64,000 nucleotides of DNA from Blastocystis sp. Blastoise (lineage: Eukaryota > Protista > Bigyra: Opalinata): assembly GCA_039096225.1 (NCBI GenBank), contig JBBPEB010000008.1, positions 108,833 through 172,832 on the forward strand, in the 5' to 3' direction. The notes under the pieces are model-generated. The model had not been told where the DNA came from, made no database searches, and was given only the letters and a program-made list of their open reading frames with translations. Positions within the stretch are counted from its first letter, which is position 1; each line of letters starts with the position of its first letter. Shown one piece after another: positions 1 through 13,500 of this stretch. Position numbers and translations under genes: made by a program.

Positions 1-3000
1 CTTCTCATTATACTTCTTATCCCTATCCTTTTCATTATTCTTCATTCTTCTTATCCTTTCATGATTCTTCTTTTTCTTCTACTTTACTTCTTCTAATGCT
101 TCTTTCACCTTTACATCTTATTTTACTTTTCATTATTCTTCTTCTCTACTATACTTCCTTTCCACTTCTCCTTCTCATTATAGATTTACTTCTTGTTCTC
201 ATTATTATTGTTTTTTCTTCTTTTATTATCCTTCTACATCTTCTTATTCTTATTGTTTTTTCTTCTTCTTTTCTTTTTTCTCTCGTTATCATTTCCATTC
301 CATTTTGTTCCTTTTTTTTCCTTATTCTCCTTGCAATTCTTCTCCTTTAGCTTCTTTCTTCTTTCCTTCTTTCCTTCATTCTTCTATTCCTACTTGTACT
401 TCTACTCATATTTTTTCTACTACTACTTACTCTTTTATTTTTTCTTCTATTTCTACAGCTACACTACTAATAATAATACTTCTTATTATTCTACTTATAT
501 TTCTGCTTATATTTCTACTTGTAGTTCTGCTTTTACTCCTACTCCTACTCGTGCTTTTGCTTCTACTACTTTATTCTTCTCATTCTTCTTATACTTATAC
601 TTCTTCTTGCTATTATCTTTCTCTTTCTCTTTTCTTCTTCTTCTTTTTTTCTATATTCAATTTCTCATTCTTCTTCTTCTTCTTCTTCTTCTTCTCATTT
701 TTCTTCTCATTTTTCTTCTTCTAATAATTCTCATTTTCTTATTCCTAATACTTCTATTTATACTTCTGTTTCTACTACTATATTTTTATTTATTTATTTT
801 TCTCCTTCTACGTCTACTTTTTTGTCTCCATCTCTATCTCCTTTTTTTATTCTCATTCTATTTATGCTTTTACTTTTCTTTATCCTTCTTCTTGTTTTTC
901 TTCTCATTCTTATCCTTCTTATTCTTCTTCTTGTTCTTGTTCTTGTTCTTGTTCTTCTTGTTCTTGACATTCCTTCCTCTCCTTCTTGTCCTTCTTCTTC
1001 TTCTTCTTGAAATTCCTTCATCTCCTTCTTGTCCTTCTTCTCCTTCTTCTTCTTCTCTTTCTTCTCCTCCTCCTCTTTGTCCTTCTTCTTATAATTGTTC
1101 TTCTTATCCTTTTCTTTCTCTTTCCTCTTTTTTCCACAACTTTTCTTTTTCCTTCTTATCCTTCTTCTTATAATTGTTCTTCTCCTCCTCCTCTTTGTCC
1201 TTCTTGTCCTTCTTGTCCTTCTTGTCCTTCTCTTTCTCTTTCCTATTCTACTTCTTATTCATATTTTGCTCCTCTCCTTCTCTCTCTTTTTATTCTCTTC
1301 TTGCTCCACATTTTATTTTCATGTTTCTTCTTGCTCCATATATTCTTCTCTGTCTTCTTCTTCTTATACTTCCACTTCTTATCCTTCTCATTCTACTTAT
1401 CCTTACCTTCTACTGTTTTTTCCTGATTATGCTTATTCTTGGTTTATTCTTATTTTCTTCTCTTTCTTCTTTTTCTTATTCTTCTACTTCTTCTACTTCT
1501 CCTACTTTTTGCCATTCTTGTCATTCTCCTCCTCCTTCATGTCCTTCTTCTCCTCCTCCTTCTTCTTCTTCTTCTTCTTCTTCTTCTTCTTCTTCTTCTT
1601 CTTCTTCTTCTTCTTCTTCTCCTTCTCCTTCTCCTTTTTTCTATTCTTCTTCTTCTTCTTTCACCTTTACACCATATTTTTCTTCTCCTTAATCTTCTTC
1701 TATACTTATGCTTCCTTGATGCTTCTTGTTCTCTTTGTTGTTGATATCTTCTTTTATTATCCTTCCACATATTCGTATTCATATTTTCTTCTCCGTCTTC
1801 TACTTTTACTTCTTTATCTTATTCAGCTTCTTCTTATATTTCACATTCTTCTTCTTATTCAACTTCTCCTTATATTTCAATTTCTCTTTCTTCTTCTTAT
1901 TATTATTATACTCTTTCTTCTCTTTTTCTTTCATATTTTACTTTCTCCTTTTCTTTCATCGTCTTATTTATATTTTCGTTTTTCTTCTACTTCTCTAGTT
2001 ACTTATACTTCTTTTTTCTATTGTAATTTCTACCTTACTTCTCATCCCTATTTTCCTTCTTCTTAATCTTCTAATACTCCAATTATTTATTCTTACACTT
2101 ATTCTCGTTCTACTTCACCTCCTACTTCTTTTCCTGTCTTCTTTTGATTCTTCTTCTATTTCATCTTTTTATTCTTTTTCTATTTCATTTAGTATTCTTA
2201 GTGTTATTCCTATTTTTTTTTCCATTTCATTATCCTTATTATTTTACTTTCCATTTTCTGTCTACTTCTTAATCAACTTCTACTACTTATTCACCTTTCG
2301 CTTTTTATTCTTATTCACATTATATTTCTCACCCTCATTCTACTTCTACTTCTTATTGTATTTCTTATTCATTTCATATTCTTATTCCTATTCTCATTAT
2401 CTTTCATACTCTTCTTCTACTTCTACTTCCTAATCTTTTCTCTTATTATTCTCCTTCTACTTCTTATTCTATAAATTTTACTAACATTATCTTTCTCTCT
2501 ATTATTCTATTTGTAGTTATACATTTTAACCTTATTTTCTTTTTCTAATTAGTATTCTTTTTCTAATTAGTATTTTTCTTCTACTTCTACTTAGCCTTAT
2601 TTCTTATTCTTCTTCTTCTTATTAGTATCATTCTAACATTTTTCCTTCTTTTGATTCACTTCTGCTTCTTATATTCATTATTCGTATTCTTCATTTTCTT
2701 ATTATTTATTCTATTTCCTCATCTTATTACTTTCCTTCTTCTTCTTGTTTTCTTTATACTTTTCAATCTCTGTTCTATTCTACTATTCCTATTTTCCTTC
2801 TTATTCTTCTTTATCTCTTCCTTTTTCTCCTTCTATTTTATTTTAATTTCTCCTTTTTAGTCTTCTTATTCTTATTCTTATTCTTATTCTTATTCTTATT
2901 CTTATTCTTATTTTTTCCAGATTCTTCTTTTTTTGCCTTTCTTCTACTTTCTTGTCTATTTCTCATTATTCTATTTGTACGTTTCTCATTTCTTATTCTT

Positions 3001-6000
3001 CATATTCTTCTGCTTTTATGTATTTTTTTTCTAAATTCGTCTCATTTTGCTTCTATTTCTTCTTCTACATTTTATTTATATTCCTATTATCTTTCTTATT
3101 TTCATTCTACTTTTCTTTTCACTTTATTCTGTTTCTCGCTCTACTTCTTCTTCTACTTTATCTTCTTCTTCTCCTATTCACTATCTTCTCTTTCTTCTAT
3201 ATCTTTGTTTACTCTATATTTTGTCTCCTCCTTATTCCTTTAATTTGTAGTATCATTCATTTTCTTATTTTCATTCCTGTTCTTGTTCTCATTCTTATTA
3301 TTATATTTCTTCTTTTTTTACATTTTTTCTCCTCACTAAAAATGTAATTCTTCTCGTTCTCTTTCTACTTCTTCTTTTTCTTTTTGTGATTCTTATTTTG
3401 CTTCACATTCTCCTTTTCCTTCTATTTCTCTTTATCTTCCTTATTATCAGCCTTCCTATTTTTCTTCAACATTACCTTCTACTTCTGTTCTACTCCTTAT
3501 CTCCTTTTTCTTTATACTCCTCCTTATACTTCTACTTATTCTTCTTATTCTTATTCCTATTATCTTTCATGATTTTCCTTTTTCTTATCATTTTCAATCT
3601 CATTATTCTATTTCTAATTATTTTTCTTTTTCTTTTTCTTCTTCTTCTATCCATACTTATTAAAGTTTGCTTTTTATTATTCTTTTACTTCTCGTTCTAT
3701 TTCTCAAAATTTTACTCCTTTTTACTTTTCCTTATTCTTCTTCTCCTCCTCCTCCTCCTCCTCCTCCTTATTCTTCTGTTTCTTCTTTTTTACTACTTCT
3801 CCTTACTATTATTATTATTATTATTCTTATATTTACCTTCTTTTCCTTATACTTCTTCTTCTTCTTCTTCTTATATTTACCTTCTTTTCCTTATACTTCT
3901 TCTTCTTCTTCTTATATTTACCTTCTTTTATTTATACTTCTTCTACTTCAGCTTCTTTCCTTCTTTTCTTTATTCTTCTATTTCTACTTGCTTATACTCA
4001 TATTTCTACGACTACTACTTACTCTTATTCTTTTTCTTCCATTTCGACTTCTACACTATTACTAATACTACTTCTCATTCTTCTACTTATATTTCTACTT
4101 ATATTTCTATTCTACTTCGCTTGTACTCCAACTCCAACTCCTACTTCTACTTCTATTTCTACTACTTCTTATACTTCTACATTCACTTCTATTACAACTA
4201 CTTCTTTTTCTTCTCATTATCTTTGTGCTTATACTTCTCCTTGTTCTTCTCTTTCTGTTTCTCTTTCTTCTCTTCTTCTTCTTCTTCTATTTCTTTTCTA
4301 TATTCTATTTCTCATTCTTCTACTACTAATTCTCCTTTTCCTTCTATTTCTATTTCTACTTCTACACTATTACTAATACTTTTATTTCTTTTTCATGCTC
4401 ATTCTACTTCTTCTTATTCGTCTGCTTCTATATCTCCTTCCTATTCTTCTTTTATTTATACTTTTACTTTTACTTCTTTTTCTTCTCCACCTTCTTCTTC
4501 TTCTATTTTTCCTTTTCCAACTATTATTGCTTCTATTTCTACTTCTATACTACTATTTCTTTCTCTTTCTCTTTTTCATTCTTCTCATTCTCATTCTCTT
4601 TCTCTTTCTTTTTCTCTTGTTCCTTTTTTTCTTTCTCTTTCTGTTTTTACTTCTCCTTCTCTATTCCTTCTTCTACTCTTCCTTCTGCTTCTTCTTATCC
4701 TTCTTCTACTCTTGCTTCTCCTTTTTCTACTTTTCCTTCTGCTTCTTCTTATCCTTCTCCCTCTTCTCTTTCCTTTTTCTATTCGTCTCTTTCTCGTTCT
4801 TTCTTCCTTCTCCTCCTTCTCTTTGTCATTCTTCTACTCTTCCCCTTCTTATCATTATCCTTCTTATTCTCCTTCTTATTCATATTTTGCTCCTCTCCTT
4901 CTATTCTCTTTTTAGTCTTCTTGTTCCATATTTTATATGTTTCTTTTTCTACTTCCACATATTTTCTACTTCTACGTCTTCTTCTTCTTATTATCCTTAT
5001 ACTTCTTCTTATAATCATTCTTATTTTCCCTTTGTTCTCCTTCTCCTTCTATTTCTTCTTCTTCTTGTCATTCTTCTCCTTCTCCTTCTCCTTCTCCTTC
5101 TCCTTCTACTTCTACTTCTACTTCTACTTCTACTTCTACTTCTACTTCTACTTCTACTTCTACTTCTACTTCTACTTCTACTTCTTCTTCTCCTTCTCTT
5201 GTTCCTTCTTCTGCTTTTCGTTCTTCTCGTTCATCTCTTGCTCCATCTTGTCCTTCTCTTTGTCATTCTTATCCTCTTATCTTTCTTATCCTTCTTATCC
5301 TTCTCCTTCCTATTCATATTTTACTCCTCTCCTTCTATTCTCTTTTTAGTCTCTTCTTGTTCCACATTTTATTTTCATGTTTTTTCTTTTATTTCCACAT
5401 ATTCTTCTCCCTTCTCCATCTTCTTCTTTTTATTATCCTTGTACTTCTACTTCTAATCATTCTCATGCTACTTATCCTTAGCTTCTACTGATGTTTTCAT
5501 TATTAAACTTATTTTTGGTTTATTCTTATTTTCCTTGTCCTTCTTCTTTATTCTTCTTATCCTTATTCTTATCTTTCTTGTCCTTATCGTTGTACTCCCT
5601 TTTCTTGCCTTTCATCTTTTCCTTGTCCTTGTACTTGTACTTGTCCTGCTTCTTCTGCTTCTTCTTGTTGTTCTTCTCCTTCTCCTTCTTATCCTTCTAC
5701 TTCTACTTCTACTTTTTTTTTCTTCTTCTTCTACTTCTTCTTTTTTTTATACTTCTAATCATTCTTATTCTCCTTCTTCTTATCTTCTACTGATGTTTTC
5801 CTTATTATGTTTATTCTTGGTTTATTCTTATTTTCTTCTTATTTTCTTCTTATTCTTCTACTTCTACTTCTACTTCTACTTCTACATCTTGTCATTCTTC
5901 TCATTCTCATTCTTCTTCTTTTTCTTCCTTTTCTTCTTCTAGAATTACTTCTACTTCTACTTCTACTTAATTACATCTACTTCTACTTCTACTTCACTAC

Positions 6001-6500
6001 TTTTTTTTTACTTATACATCCACATATACTTCTACTTTTTCTATATCTTCTATATCTATATCTACTTCACTACTTCTTATTATTGTTATTCTTCTCATTC
6101 TACTTCTACTTTTTTTCTCCTCCTTCTTCTATTTCTATTTCTCTTTCTTCTTTTTCCCCTTTTCTTTCTCATTCTCATTCTTGATATACTTCTTATAAGT
6201 CTATTTCTACTTGTTCTTCTTCTTCCACTTATTATTATTATTATGATTCTTCTTCTTCTTCTTCTTCTTCTTATAGTGGTATAACTATACTATTACTTCT
6301 TCTTACACTACTACTGCATCTTCTTATATTTTGTATAATATTCTTCTTCTTATACTACTACTTCTTCAATTATTATTATTTACTTTCCTCTTCTTCTATT
6401 ATTATTCATCATTCTTATGTTGCTATTTCATTACTTGCTCCTATTAATCCTAATTTCTCCTTTATCTTCCTTATACATATTTAGTTACTTTATTTTCCAA
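1..6500. repeat. Polypyrimidine (CTT/TTC/CTA/TTA-rich) low-complexity tract with diverged internal duplications
   Basis: + strand is almost all C/T/A with very little G. Blocks recur, e.g. ~340-560 resembles ~3945-4170, and ~1240-1460 resembles ~4860-5000 and ~5310-5530. The many F/L/S-rich ORFs here are compositional artefacts. Confidence 0.9.
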
Positions 6501-6949
6501 ATTCTTCTTATTATGAAACAAATTTTACTATATTGATAGATTATTCTCCTTCTTCTGGTTGTACCTATAACTCCTGTTTCTTCATATATTACTGTCCATA
6601 CTTCGATTCAGATTTTTATTACTAGTCTTCTATTTATTTTTATTCTTATCTCTATTATTCAAACTTTATTAGTATCTGAATTGATATAAACTCTTTTCTC
6701 TTATTAATGAATTATATTACTAATTAGTCACTGATGTTGCAATTATATTCTCATTTTCAAAATATTGATATATGTATTCAAATATAAATATATTATTTAG
6801 TTAATGAATTCAAATAATTCAGTTTTTAGTAACATAATAATGTTATTACTCTCCTTGTTAATGAATAATACGTGTACCATATTATATTATACTGGCTAAT
6901 AAATATACAAATTATTCATACTGAGTTGTTCTACATGATGAATATAAAC

Positions 6950-7090
6950 CAAACAATATATGAATATATGATGATATTAGATGAATATATATATGAATAT
7001 ATGATGATATAAGATGAATATATATATGAATACATGATGATATAAGAAGAATATATATATGAATATATGATGCTATTAGATGAATATATA
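6950..7090. repeat. ~33-bp tandem repeat (ATGAATATATATATGAATATATGATGATATAAG), about 4 copies, just 3' of the MULE stop codon
   Basis: Units start at 6981, 7014, 7047 and 7080. Confidence 0.7.
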
Positions 7091-7183
7091 ATATAAGAGT
7101 AGTTATGAAGAAGAAATAGAAAATTTTTATTCTTAAAGAAGTTGATTTAGATGATTATAAATATATACTTATTAATGTTCTCA

Positions 7184-7552
7184 TTAAACACTTGAAGTGT
7201 TTAATCGTTTAGCATTATATGAATTTTCAGTAGTTGATATATTACTTTCATTCAAGAACCCACTTATATCTTCTTCAGATGTATTAGTTGGAATGTCTTG
7301 ATCCATACTAGGTATATCTATACTATCTGATTCTCTTGCCTTCTGAAGAATTGACTCATTTGAAGTTATTGATTCCATAAGTGATTCAAGTGCTGGCATA
7401 TTTCGTTTTATTTGCCAAGATTCATGACGATAATAGTAAGATTTAAAATTAGAAAAATTCACTTTAGAAGGTCTTCCAGATGATCTAATAGTATACTTTG
7501 GACTTGATATAGAAGATGTATTTACAGAATTGATAATGTTACTACTCACTGA

Positions 7553-7592
<40 letters not shown>

Positions 7593-10500
7593 GTATAATA
7601 CTATATTATATACATACCTATCGATGTAACCATTGTAATACATATCTCTTGTTCTATATGAGTAAAGCTGCTTAAATGTATTAAAAACATTAAATATGGT
7701 AGATGCTTGTCTTTTATTATTATGAACATCATCAAGCATCTTTCTAAACAATACTATTGCATGAAAACATGGGTATTCCTGAAATTGATAGATACCACAG
7801 TTACATGTTTTATCTCTATAGTTTACTATATATTCATCATCGATCATAACTCTACCGGCCATATTATTATCGTCATAATTGTAATGATTTACTTCTGCTA
7901 TAGCTTTTCCTCCAAAATCATAATTTGCTTGAAAATAATCCAAAAACGTATTATCACTTGTTTTATTAATAGTAGATAACTGATAAGCATGACCATAATT
8001 ATATATCTCAATTAACATCTTATGTACTGGAAGTCTTCTAAGATCATATATAGCATTATTAAATGATTCAGCAGGGCTGGAAGCTATATAGCCAAATCTT
8101 CTAATCCTTCTATTATTAATATCTATATTATATAATCCGTTATCTCTATATTTCTCAATGTTATCCATTTCATGTTTTGTAAGATGAGCTTCCTCTATTA
8201 TTTCTTCCCAATCCATGATGTTATCAGCTAGTATTAATTGTGGCAATATAGTAGCAAGGGTGCTTCCTTTTCGACATATCTTCTTCATTACATGGAAAGC
8301 ACATGAAAAGGATACACAATTTGGGAATATGGAATATATACTATTTTTAAGTCCCTTATCCATATCAGAAAAAAATGATATATTATCTATATTACAATTC
8401 TGCTCTTCTAATGATATCTTTAAGTGTTTTTGAAAATTGGTCCATGTTGCAGTACATTCTACAGCATATAAACCAAAGGCTAGTAGAAGTATCTTTCTTT
8501 CAATCGTAATTGTTACAGCAGTTAATATGGTTTGTTTTGATCTCGTTATATGAGTACCATCAAGGAATATAATTGGCTGGTCTATCTTGTTATACAACTC
8601 TATATTTGATTTAAGACTTACGAAGTAATATAAGAATTCTGGTATACTATCTTGTCCTTTAGTAGTTTCTTTACTGTTATCTGCTTGATTATTCTCCATG
8701 GAGATACTACAACCCAATAGGTCTTCATCAAATTTATCGTTAGTATCAAATGACATATTATTAGATCTATAAATATTATTATTATATGTATCCATTATTC
8801 CATTAGAAGACTCTACTTCTTTACTATAATCATCAAAATTTATATTATTATATGCTTCTTCTGATTTATAGGATACTGATGAAGGTAATACGCCATATGA
8901 AACATGGTTTCCTTTCTTTTTCATTATTTCTAATATACCAGGTATAAGGTTATACTTGTTCTCACATTTTATGCCAATTGATTTTAAAACTGAACGACAT
9001 ATACTATTTGTTATATTCATTCCCTGGGAAGTCAGATATTTCTCCAACTGAACAGTTGATTTAAAGTAATTGGTTAGATTCTTCTCTTTTAAGTATTCAA
9101 CAATTGATGTAGATGACATTTGGTTTTTAATAGAACGTAGATTCTTCTTATGAAAAACTATATTAATACTTGGTTTTGTACATATTTCCTTAAAACGTTC
9201 CAAAGTGATTCCATGAAGAAGTTCCTCATTAGAAAATATCCTTACAGACCTTTCATTATCACTACTTGTAGCTATTCCGATAGATTCATCAATTTTCATC
9301 ATTTCATCAATAGTTATTGATTGTTGATTATCAGCACTAGACGCATTAATGTGCTTTAAAATAATATCATCTAGAACAGCTATAGAAAGAAGTAATAGAA
9401 ATAATATATACATATTAAAATTTAATATATAGATAAAAAGAATTAAAAAAAATTGGATAATAAGACACTATGAATATATATATATAATGAATAATAATAT
9501 ATATCTATAGAATGAGAATAAGAATATATATATATATAATGAATAATAAGAAAGAATAATAAGAATATATATATATATATATATATAATGAATAATAAGA
9601 AAGAATAATAAGAATATATATATATATAATGAATAATAAGAAAGAATAATAAGATAATACAAGCGTTTCACGACTGGCTACGCCAGCCTACGCTTGAGTT
9701 TAGATAATTATTATCTCTCAAATGTTATATCTTACATTGAATTTTAAAAAATGAATATTTATTCTTATGTTTTTGTTATTCATTTCTGTTTTTATTTTTT
9801 TTTAGGATTAAAACTATTTTATATTTTATAAAATATTATTTCAATTGCTTTTAATTGTTATCTTCTAATCTTAATTTTCAATTTAGTATTTTAAATAATT
9901 TAATTCATACATATTGATAATTCTTACTTAACATTCTATATGTTTTTGAGTATTATTTCCTTTTTTTTTTAATATTCTTTTTAGCCATTTTTATTATTGA
10001 TTATATATATTTATTGTTTATCAATGATAATTAATTAACTCTTGTGTTTTATTTTTGATCTTATTTCTATTTCTATTTCTATTTCTATTTCTATTTCTAT
10101 TTCTATTTCTATTTCTATTTCTATTTCTATTTCTATTTCTATTTCTATTTCTATTTCTATTTCTATTTCTATTTCTATTTCTATTTCTATTTCTATTTCT
10201 ATTTCTATTTCTATTTCTATTTCTATTTCTATTTCTATTTCTATTTCTATTTCTATTTCTATTTCTATTTCTATTTCTATTTCTATTTCTATTTCTATTT
10301 CTATTTCTATTTCTATTTCTATTTAGTTTTTAGTTTTCAATATTAATTCACTTTTCTTTGTTATTTCATTTATAACTTTCTATGTATTTTATCAATTCAT
10401 TTAGTTTTATAAATATTTAGTATTTTAAATAATATCAATATGATTATAAAATACTTTTTCTTTTAAAACATATTATTATCACTTATACCCTACCTTTAAA

Positions 10501-13500
10501 TATTTATGTTTTATTTGAATTAGTCTATATAATTATTATTGTGAGAAATAGCTTATTCTCTTGTCTAAAAAAATATTATATATTCTTTTTTATTCTTTTC
10601 ATATATTGTTTTGTTTTATTTTTAAAATATTATAATTTTGATATCTATTTGTTTTTTTATATTTTATCCTTTCCTTTTATATATACTATTATATAAATAT
10701 TTTAGAAATTTTATTATACAGCTTTTCTCAATTAATAAATGTTTAATTATATAAATAGTAATCATATCTTGATATTATTTGATAAATATTATAATTTTTC
10801 TTTTATTATACTTATTTTAGTTTGAATTATTAACACAAAAGTACTCTTAATAATTAAAAGATATTTATTACTTTATATAATAAACAAAAAAATTAGAGTT
10901 TTATTTTAATATTTATCATTAATAGAATTTATTCGTTATAAGTAAAAGAGAATATTTATAGAGAAATTATCTTTTCATTATTTAAAATTAATTAATTCAA
11001 ATTTAATTCAATTTTTATAGTGTTATCAAAATCATTCTAGAAATAAGAAATAAAAACTAAAATATAAAACAAAAATTACATTTCATTTCATAACTAAATA
11101 GATTTAAATACTTTGGAAACTTTACCTATTATACATACAATATAGCTTCTAAAACAAATAAGTTATCATAAAAAAACTCTAAAAGACTGAACGTTTTTAA
11201 ATACATATACTCACTTTTATTTTAACTAATTTTATATTCATATACATATATATTTGATTTATTATTTTAATTTGTAAAAAATAACTTGAATCTCTTTTGT
11301 TTAAAGTCACAATTACAAAAAATGAGTTCTTTTGAAAGACAAAAAACATTCTTTAAACAATAATAATTTTGTATTTAGTGACATAAAAACGTATTATACT
11401 GTTTTAGAAACAATTAAAATCATTTTACCCATTTTAACACTCCTATCAAACAGTCAACCATGTTTAATTAAACTAATTTTTAATATTTTATATTCTATAA
11501 TAGGTCTATTTATTATTTTTATAAAAGGTAACTTGAATCTCTTGACATAACTATTGTAATTCTAAAGAATCAAATTTTTAAACAACTTAAAATGTTTATT
11601 TATTGTAGATTTTAATATGAAATACTCTAAAAACACTCAATATATACTTATTGTAACCATTTTAGAAAAATAGACTCATTTTAACATTTTGGTCAAACAC
11701 ACAACCACCTTTATTTCAAACAATTCTTTTATTATTATAAACATTAAACACTCTAATACTCATTTTTATAAAAAGTGTATTGAATCTCTTCACTTAAGAC
11801 AGTCAAACAGACAATTCAAAATTATTTTACACTTTAAACTCATTATAAAGTGATAATATTTATAGAATTGCTTTGATATGTGATTTAGGACACATTGAAC
11901 TACTTTTTATAAAATTATGAGTCAACATTTCCAGTTTGTCACTCACTCGTCAACTCCACTTTTGACCATTTTTTTGAGAAACGTAATACATATAAGGTCT
12001 AGTTTTCAAATATGTAAAAATTAATTGTCAAATATGAATTTGATTTGTCAACTTTCGGAAAATTTTTAGAAAAACGATTTTTCAATTTTCAGTTTTTTAA
12101 CATGTTATACTATTGACGCTACTGAACTTATTTCTTAATTAATTTTAAATATTAAAAATTATATTATTAATATGTTTTATTCTCTATATTAATTTGTTAA
12201 AATTATTTAAAATAATTAAATATTGACTGAGAAATTAAAACCATAAACTATACCCTTTTTTCAAAAATTAATTTTTTTATGTTTTGCATATATAATTTTT
12301 TATCTCAAAAGTTATTTTATATTTTGATAATATTTTTATAAATATATAAACTATAGGTTGTCTAGTTTATAAATAAGATTTATTTATTTTATTTAAATTA
12401 ATATTGATGGAGAAATTGTCAAAATAAACTATAGTATCAAAAATGCTTTCTTCTTTTTAAACGACTTATTTCACTAATTAAAGACAATTAAAAACAAATT
12501 TATTTATTTTAAGCTTATTTATGACATATACAACTCATAAAGACTCATAACTAACTTTTTAAGACAAACATTGTCTGTATCAGTTCAACATGTTGTCTTA
12601 ACTTTTTCAAATAAGTCACGTACAGTGTCTATGAGTGGTTCTAAACACGTATTAAAACGTTTTAAGAGTTTATTGAGTTAACATTGTCTGGTGATCTGTT
12701 GTCAAAGTCTTTTAAAAACAAAATAAAATTGTAAAATATGTTTATTTTGGTATGTAGTTTTTAAATATGAAGTCAAATGTCAAATAAAATTGTTAATGAT
12801 GAAAATATAAACAAAAAACAAATGAAAACTTTTTAAGAAAATTTTTTGAAAGTCATTTTTTATTGAGTTCAACTATTGACTCTTGTCACCTGAGTTTTCA
12901 ATTAATTAAAAAAATGAAAAATATGTATCTGCTATGACATGTCTAGTTTCTAAATATGTTCTAACTTTTTTATTTTATTAAGAATTGATTGAGAAATCAC
13001 AATAACAAACTATACCCTTTTTTTGAAAATTTTCATTTTTATGTTTTTCATATAAATGAATGTTTCTCAGTCAATATTAAATATTTAGATAAAATAAAAA
13101 ATATGTATCTGCAATAGCTTATCTTAATTATAATTATACTTTTATTTTTAAAAAATATCCAAAACTCAAGGAGAAAGACGAATAACAAACTATACTATCA
13201 AAACATCAAAATTTCTATTATCAAATATTTTCTTATTAAAACTTTTTAAACAACTAAAAGATATACTTATGACATGTATTGATTCTAAATAACTTGAATA
13301 AACTCAAATAAGTTTATAAAGAAGGAATGTGTCGGATATCAGTTTGACTTTTGTTGTTATTTAAAGGAATTATTGTTGTTTCAGAGTAGTTGAGGTCAGT
13401 ATCATAACAACTGAAACCATTTTAGAGTTTAAAGTTAGTAATGTGTGTATTGATATGTTGTCAAGTTGTAAATATAAACAAATTTACCCGTCAAAACTAT

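Noticed and set aside
96-6184. Many long F/L/S/I-rich ORFs
   Set aside because: By-products of the polypyrimidine composition: overlapping in all frames, with no domain motifs.
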